A model generated the notes under the pieces. That model made no database searches, had not been told where the DNA came from, and worked only from the letters and a program-made list of their open reading frames with translations. Positions 57,201 to 64,000 of a stretch of 64,000 nucleotides of DNA are shown piece after piece; position 1 is the first letter of the stretch; each line of letters begins with the position of its first letter. This DNA is from Auanema rhodensis. Taxonomy: Eukaryota > Animalia > Nematoda. The position numbers and the translations under genes are program-made. Location of the stretch: NCBI GenBank assembly GCA_964057225.1, contig OZ059896.1, positions 23,126,001-23,190,000 on the forward strand. The letters run 5' to 3'.

Positions 57201-60200
57201 ATTTTCATTGATATTGGTTCATGGTAACCATGACTTTGAAATTTACGTGAATTTTAATTTATGCTAATTAAATGTACACGTGATGTGCACTTGGTATGTA
57301 ACTCGCTTCACGTGAAAGATAAAGAGATGCGGTTTTCAAAATTAGATTCCCCATGTCCATATTAGTCTAAAAACAAATTTTAATTGATATTGGTGCATGG
57401 TAACCATGACTTTGAAATTTACGTGAACTTTAATTTATGCTAATTAAATGTACACGTGATGTGCACTTGGTATGTAACTCGCTTCAAGTGAAAGATAAAG
57501 AGATGCGGTTTTCAAAATTAGATTCCCCATGTCCATATTAGTCTAAAAACAAATTTTTATTGATATTGGTGCATGGTAACCATGACTTTGAAATTTACGT
57601 GAACTTTAATTTATGCTAATTAAATGTACACGTGATGTGCACTTGGTATGTAACTCGCTTCACGTGAAAGATAAAGAGATGCGGTTTTCAAAATTAGATT
57701 CCCCATGTCCATATTAGTCTAAAAACAAATTTTTATTGATATTGGTTCATGGTAACCATGAGTTTGAAATTTACGTGAACTTTAATTTATGCTAATTAAA
57801 TGTACACGTGATGTGCACTTGGTATGTAACTCGCTTCACGTGAAAGATAAAAAGATGCGGTTTTCAAAATTAGATTCCCCATGTCCATATTAGTCTAAAA
57901 ACAAATTTTTATTGATATTGGTGCATGGTAACCATGACTTTGAAATTTACGTGAACTTTAATTTATGCTAATTAAATGTACACGTGATGTGCACTTGGTA
58001 TGTAACTCGCTTCACGTGAAAGATAAAGTGATGCGAATTTCAAAATTAGATTCCCCATGTCCATATTAGTCTAAAAACAAATTTTTATTGATATTGGTTC
58101 ATGGTAACCATGACTTTGAAATTTACGTGAACTTTAATTTATGCTAATTAAATGTACACGTGATGTGCACTTGGTATGTAACTCGCTTCACGTGAAAGAT
58201 AAAGAGATGCGGTTTTCAAAATTAGATTCCCCATGTCCATATTAGTCTAAAAACAAATTTTTATTGATATTGGTGCATGGTAACCATGACTTTGAAATAT
58301 ACGTGAACTTTAATTTATGCTAATTAAATGTACACGTGATGTGCACTTGGTATGTAACTCGCTTCATGTAAAAGATAAAGAGATGCGGTCTTCAAAATTA
58401 GATTCCCCATGTCCATATTAGTCTAAAAACAAATTTTTATTGATATTGGTTCATGGTAACCATGATTTTGAAATTTACGTGAACTTTAATTTATGCTAAT
58501 TAAATGTACACGTGATGTGCACTTGGTATGTAACTCGCTTCACGTGAAAGATAAAGAAATGCGGTTTTCAAAATTAGATTCCCCATGTCCATTTTAGTCT
58601 AAAAACAAATTTTTATCGATATTGGTTCATGGTAACCATGACTTTGAAATTTACGTGAACTTTAATTTATGCTAATTAAATGTACACGTGATGTGCACTT
58701 GGTATGTAACTCGCTTCACGTGAAAGATAAAGAGATGCGGTTTTCAAAATTAGATTCCCCATGTCCATATTAGTCTAAAAACAAATTTTTATTGATATTG
58801 GTTCATGGTAACCATGTCTTTGAAATTTACGTGAACTTTAATTTATGCTAATTAAATGTACACGTGATGTGCACTTGGTATGTAACTCGCTTCACGTGAA
58901 AGATAAAGAGATGCGGTTTTCAAAATTAGATTCCCCATGTCCATATTAGTCTAAAAACAAATTTTTATTGATATTGGTTCATGGTAACCATGACTTTGAA
59001 ATTTACGTGAACTTTAATTTATGCTAATTAAATGTACACGTGATGTGCACTTGGTATGTAACTCGCTTCACGTGAAAGATAAAGAGATGCGGTTTTCAAA
59101 ATTAGATTCCCCATGTCCATATTAGTCTAAAAACAAATTTTTATTAATATTGGTTCATGGTAACCATGTCTTTGAAATTTACGTGAACTTTAATTTATGC
59201 TAATTAAATGTACACGTGATGTGCACTTGGTATGTAACTCGCTTCACGTGAAAGATAAAGAGATGCGGTTTTCAAAATTAGATTCTCCATGTCCATATTA
59301 GTCTAAAAACAAATTTTTATTGATATTGCTGCATGGTAACCATGACTTTGAAATTTACGTGAACTTTAATTTATGCTAATTGAATGTACACGTGATGTGC
59401 ACTTGGTATGTAACTCGCTTCACGTGAAAGATAAAGAGATGCGGTTTTCAAAATTAGATTCCCCATGTCCATATTAGTCTAAAAACAAATTTTTATTGAT
59501 ATTGGTTCATGGTAACCATGACTTTGAAATTTACGTGAACTTTAATTTATGCTAATTAAATGTACACGTGATGTGCACTTGGTATGTAACTCGCTTCACG
59601 TGAAAGATAAAGAGATGCGGTTTTCAAAATTAGATTCCCCATGTCCATATTAGTCTAAAAACAAATTTTTATTAATATTGGTTCATGGTAACCATGTCTT
59701 TGAAATTTACGTGAACTTTAATTTATGCTAATTAAATGTACACGTGATGTGCACTTGGTATGTAACTCGCTTCACGTGAAAGATAAAGAGATGCGGTTTT
59801 CAAAATTAGATTCCCCATGTCCATATTAGTCGAAAAACAAATTTTTATTGATATTGGTTCATGGTAACCATGACTTTGAAATTTACGTGAACTTTAATTT
59901 ATGCTAATTAAATGTACACGTGATGTGCACTTGGTATGTAACTCGCTTCACGTGAAAGATAAAGAGATGCGGTTTTCAAAATTAGATTCCCCATGTCCAT
60001 ATTAGTCTAAAAACAAATTTTTATTGATATTGGTTCATGGTAACCATGACTTTGAAATTTACGTGAACTTTAATTTATGCTAATTAAATGTACACGTGAT
60101 GTGCACTTGGTATGTAACTCGCTTCACGTGAAAGATAAAGAGATGCGGTTTTCAAAATTAGATTCCCCATGTCCATATTAGTCTAAAAACAAATTTTTAT

Positions 60201-63200
60201 TAATATTGGTTCATGGTAACCATGTCTTTGAAATTTACGTGAACTTTAATTTATGCTAATTAAATGTACACGTGATGTGCACTTGGTATGTAACTCGCTT
60301 CACGTGAAAGATAAAGAGATGCGGTTTTCAAAATTAGATTCTCCATGTCCATATTAGTCTAAAAACAAATTTTTATTGATATTGGTGCATGGTAACCATG
60401 ACTTTGAAATTTACGTGAACTTTAATTTATGCTAATTGAATGTACACGTGATGTGCACTTGGTATGTAACTCGCTTCACGTGAAAGATAAAGAGATGCGG
60501 TTTTCAAAATTAGATTCCCCATGTCCATATTAGTCTAAAAACAAATTTTTATTGATATTGGTTCATGGTAACCATGACTTTGAAATTTACGTGAACTTTA
60601 ATTTATGCTAATTAAATGTACACGTGATGTGCACTTGGTATGTAACTCGCTTCACGTGAAAGATAAAGAGATGCGGTTTTCAAAATTAGATTCCCCATGT
60701 CCATATTAGTCTAAAAACAAATTTTTATTAATATTGGTTCATGGTAACCATGTCTTTGAAATTTACGTGAACTTTAATTTATGCTAATTAAATGTACACG
60801 TGATGTGCACTTGGTATGTAACTCGCTTCACGTGAAAGATAAAGAGATGCGGTTTTCAAAATTAGATTCCCCATGTCCATATTAGTCGAAAAACAAATTT
60901 TTATTGATATTGGTTCATGGTAACCATGACTTTGAAATTTACGTGAACTTTAATTTATGCTAATTAAATGTACACGTGATGTGCACTTGGTATGTAACTC
61001 GCTTCACGTGAAAGATAAAGAGATGTGGTTTTCAAAATTAGATTTCCCATGTCCATATTAGTCTAAAAACAAATTTTTATTGATATTGGTTCATGGTAAC
61101 CATGACTTTGAAATTTACGTGAACTTTAATTTATGCTAATTAAATGTACACGTGATGTGCACTTGGTATGTAACTCGCTTCACGTGAAAGATAAAGAGAT
61201 GCGGTTTTCAAAATTAGATTCCCCATTTCCATATTAGTCTAAAAACAAATTTTTATCGATATTGGTTCATGGTAACCATGATTTTGAAATTTACGTGAAC
61301 TTTAATTTATGCTAATTAAATGTACACGTGATGTGCACTTGGTATGTAACTCGCTTCACGTGAAAGATAAAGAGATGCGGTTTTCAAAATTAGATTCCCC
61401 ATGTCCATATTAGTCTAAAAACAAATTTTTATTAATATTGGTTCATGGTAACCATGTCTTTGAAATTTACGTGAACTTTAATTTATTCTAATTAAATGTA
61501 CACGTGATGTGCACTTGGTATGTAACTCGCTTCACGTGAAAGATAAAGAGATGCGGTTTTCAAAATTAGATTTCCCATGTCCATATTAGTCTAAAAACAA
61601 ATTTTTATTGATATTGGTTCATGGTAACCATGACTTTGAAATTTACGTGAACTTTAATTTATGCTAATTAAATGTACACGTGATGTGCACTTGGTATGTA
61701 ACTCGCTTCACGTGAAAGATAAAGAGATGCGATTTTCAAAATTAGATTTCCCATGTCCATATTAGTCTAAAAACAAATTTTTATTGATATTGGTTCATGG
61801 TAACCATGACTTTGAAATTTACGTGAACTTTAATTTATGCTAATTAAATGTACACGTGATGTGCACTTGGTATGTAACTCGCTTCACGTGAAAGATAAAG
61901 AGATGCGGTTTTCAAAATTAGATTCCCCATTTCCATATTAGTCTAAAAACAAATTTTTATTGATATTGGTTCATGGTAACCATGATTTTGAAATTTACGT
62001 GAACTTTAATTTATGCTAATTAAATGTACACGTGATGTGCACTTGGTATGTAACTCGCTTCACGTGAAAGATAAAGAAATGCGGTTTTCAAAATTAGATT
62101 CCCCATGTCCATATTAGTCTAAAAACAAATTTTTATTGATATTGGTTCATGGTAACCATGACTTTGAAATTTACGTGAACTTTAATTTATGCTAATTAAA
62201 TGTACACGTGATGTGCACTTGGTATGTAACTCGCTTCACGTGAAAGATAAAGAGATGCGGTTTTCAAAATTAGATTCCCCATGTCCATATTAGTCTAAAA
62301 ACAAATTTTTATTGATATTGGTTCATGGTAACCATGACTTTGAAATTTACGTGAACTTTAATTTATGCTAATTAAATGTACACGTGATGTGCACTTGGTA
62401 TGTAACTCGCTTCACGTGAAAGATAAAGAGATGCGGTTTTTAAAATTAGATTCCCCATGTACATATTAGTCTAAAAACAAATTTTTATTGATATTGGTTC
62501 ATGGTAACCATGACTTTGAAATTTACGTGAACTTTAATTTATGCTAATTAAATGTACACGTGATGTGCACTTGGTATGTAACTCGCTTCACGTGAAAGAT
62601 AAAGAGATGCGGTTTTCAAAATTAGATTCCCCGTGTCCATGTTAGTCTAAAAACAAATTTTTATTGATATTGGTGCATGGTAACCATGACTTTGAAATTT
62701 ACGTGAACTTTAATTTATGCTAATTAAATGTACACGTAATGTGCACTTGGTATGTAACTCGCTTCACGTGAAAGATAAAGAGATGCGGTTTTCAAAATTT
62801 GATTCCCCATGTCCATATTAGTCTAAAAACAAATTTTCATTGATATTGGTTCATGGTAACCATGACTTTGAAATTTACGTGAATTTTAATTTATGCTAAT
62901 TAAATGTACACGTGATGTGCACTTGGTATGTAACTCGCTTCACGTGAAAGATAAAGAGATGCGGTTTTCAAAATTAGATTCCCCATGTCCATATTAGTCT
63001 AAAAACAAATTTTAATTGATATTGGTGCATGGTAACCATGACTTTGAAATTTACGTGAACTTTAATTTATGCTAATTAAATGTACACGTGATGTGCACTT
63101 GGTATGTAACTCGCTTCACGTGAAAGATAAAGAGATGCGGTTTTCAAAATTAGATTCCCCATGTCCATATTAGTCTAAAAACAAATTTTTATTGATATTG

Positions 63201-63888
63201 GTGCATGGTAACCATGACTTTGAAATTTACGTGAACTTTAATTTATGCTAATTAAATGTACACGTGATGTGCACTTGGTATGTAACTCGCTTCACGTGAA
63301 AGATAAAGAGATGCGGTTTTCAAAATTAGATTCCCCATGTCCATATTAGTCTAAAAACAAATTTTTATTGATATTGGTTCATGGTAACCATGAGTTTGAA
63401 ATTTACGTGAACTTTAATTTATGCTAATTAAATGTACACGTGATGTGCACTTGGTATGTAACTCGCTTCACGTGAAAGATAAAAAGATGCGGTTTTCAAA
63501 ATTAGATTCCCCATGTCCATATTAGTCTAAAAACAAATTTTTATTGATATTGGTTCATGGTAACCATGACTTTGAAATTTACGTGAACTTTAATTTATGC
63601 TAATTAAATGTACACGTGATGTGCACTTGGTATGTAACTCGCTTCACGTGAAAGATAAAGAGATGCGGTTTTCAAAATTAGATTCCCCATGTCCATATTA
63701 GTCTAAAAACAAATTTTTATTGATATTGGTGCATGGTAACCATGACTTTGAAATTTACGTGAACTTTAATTTATGCTAATTAAATGTACACGTGATGTGC
63801 ACTTGGTATGTAACTCGCTTCACGTGAAAGATAAAGTGATGCGAATTTCAAAATTAGATTCCCCATGTCCATATTAGTCTAAAAACAA
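54209..63888. repeat. Large duplicated block with ~33-monomer (5808 bp) period
   Basis: Monomers at 54209-58080 match those at 60017-63888 in variant order (C130T+C149T, G155T, T9C+C34T, G63T, G132A, C137T+C157A, A153G+A161G, G82A, T6C+C52T, T6A, C34G+G124A, A125T+GT132-133AA), with single-monomer gains and losses. Confidence 0.82.
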
Positions 63889-64000
63889 ATTTTTATTGAT
63901 ATTGGTTCATGGTAACCATGACTTTGAAATTTACGTGAACTTTAATTTATGCTAATTAAATGTACACGTGATGTGCACTTGGTATGTAACTCGCTTCACG

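Larger units (their letters stand above)
1..64000. repeat. Tandem satellite DNA array, 176-bp monomer, ~363.6 copies, candidate centromeric/pericentromeric satellite
   Basis: ATTTTTATTGATATTGG recurs at 1, 177, 353 ... 2641 (15x176+1) and at 55441, 58081. Monomer starts are 1+176(n-1) up to monomer 25, 176(n-1) for monomers 26-302 after a 1-bp loss at ~4360, and 1+176(n-1) again from 53153. No non-satellite sequence and no orientation switch were seen. The array runs off both window ends. The centromeric role is inferred only. Confidence 0.99.

Noticed and set aside
1-64000. CRISPR array (palindromic repeats at regular spacing)
   Set aside because: There are no unique spacers. The entire 176-bp unit is repeated, and no cas genes or leader are present.
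1-64000. Protein-coding tandem repeat or ORFs
   Set aside because: The unit length is not a multiple of 3, and TAA/TGA/TAG stops are frequent on both strands, so only very short ORFs are possible.
1-64000. Tandem 5S rRNA, tRNA, snRNA or spliced-leader gene array
   Set aside because: The unit is 32% GC with no recognisable 5S, tRNA cloverleaf, A/B box or snRNA sequence. An Rfam/Infernal search would be the formal test.
1-64000. G/T pattern at monomer position 19 as an information-bearing code
   Set aside because: The pattern is explained by the nested block duplications traced with linked variants.
1-64000. Embedded transposon, inversion or telomeric repeat interrupting the array
   Set aside because: The monomer phase is continuous across the window apart from three 1-2 bp indels, which leaves no room for an insertion. 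No reverse-orientation monomers were seen.

Overview
The whole 64 kb window is one uninterrupted head-to-tail satellite array. It holds about 363.6 copies of a 176-bp AT-rich monomer (about 32% GC), all in one orientation, and most copies are within 0-4 substitutions of the consensus. Consensus (position 1 = window position 1): ATTTTTATTGATATTGGT[G/T]CATGGTAACCATGACTTTGAAATTTACGTGAACTTTAATTTATGCTAATTAAATGTACACGTGATGTGCACTTGGTATGTAACTCGCTTCACGTGAAAGATAAAGAGATGCGGTTTTCAAAATTAGATTCCCCATGTCCATATTAGTCTAAAAACAA. I found no genes, RNA genes, transposon insertions or CRISPR spacers. The size and homogeneity fit a eukaryotic (peri)centromeric satellite, but I do not recognise the family or organism. 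Three things stand out. (1) The monomer is a hidden degenerate palindrome with one register (i pairs with 175-i), so every monomer junction carries an imperfect inverted repeat of about 84 bp, and several recurrent variants improve that symmetry. (2) Three ACGTGA cores are spaced 33 and 32 bp apart. (3) The array has a readable history of nested duplications (2-, 4-, 5-, 7-, 9-, 23- and about 33-mers) arranged in two alternating variant domains. Variant calls were made by eye and should be confirmed computationally. Variants are written in monomer coordinates (for example A170C).
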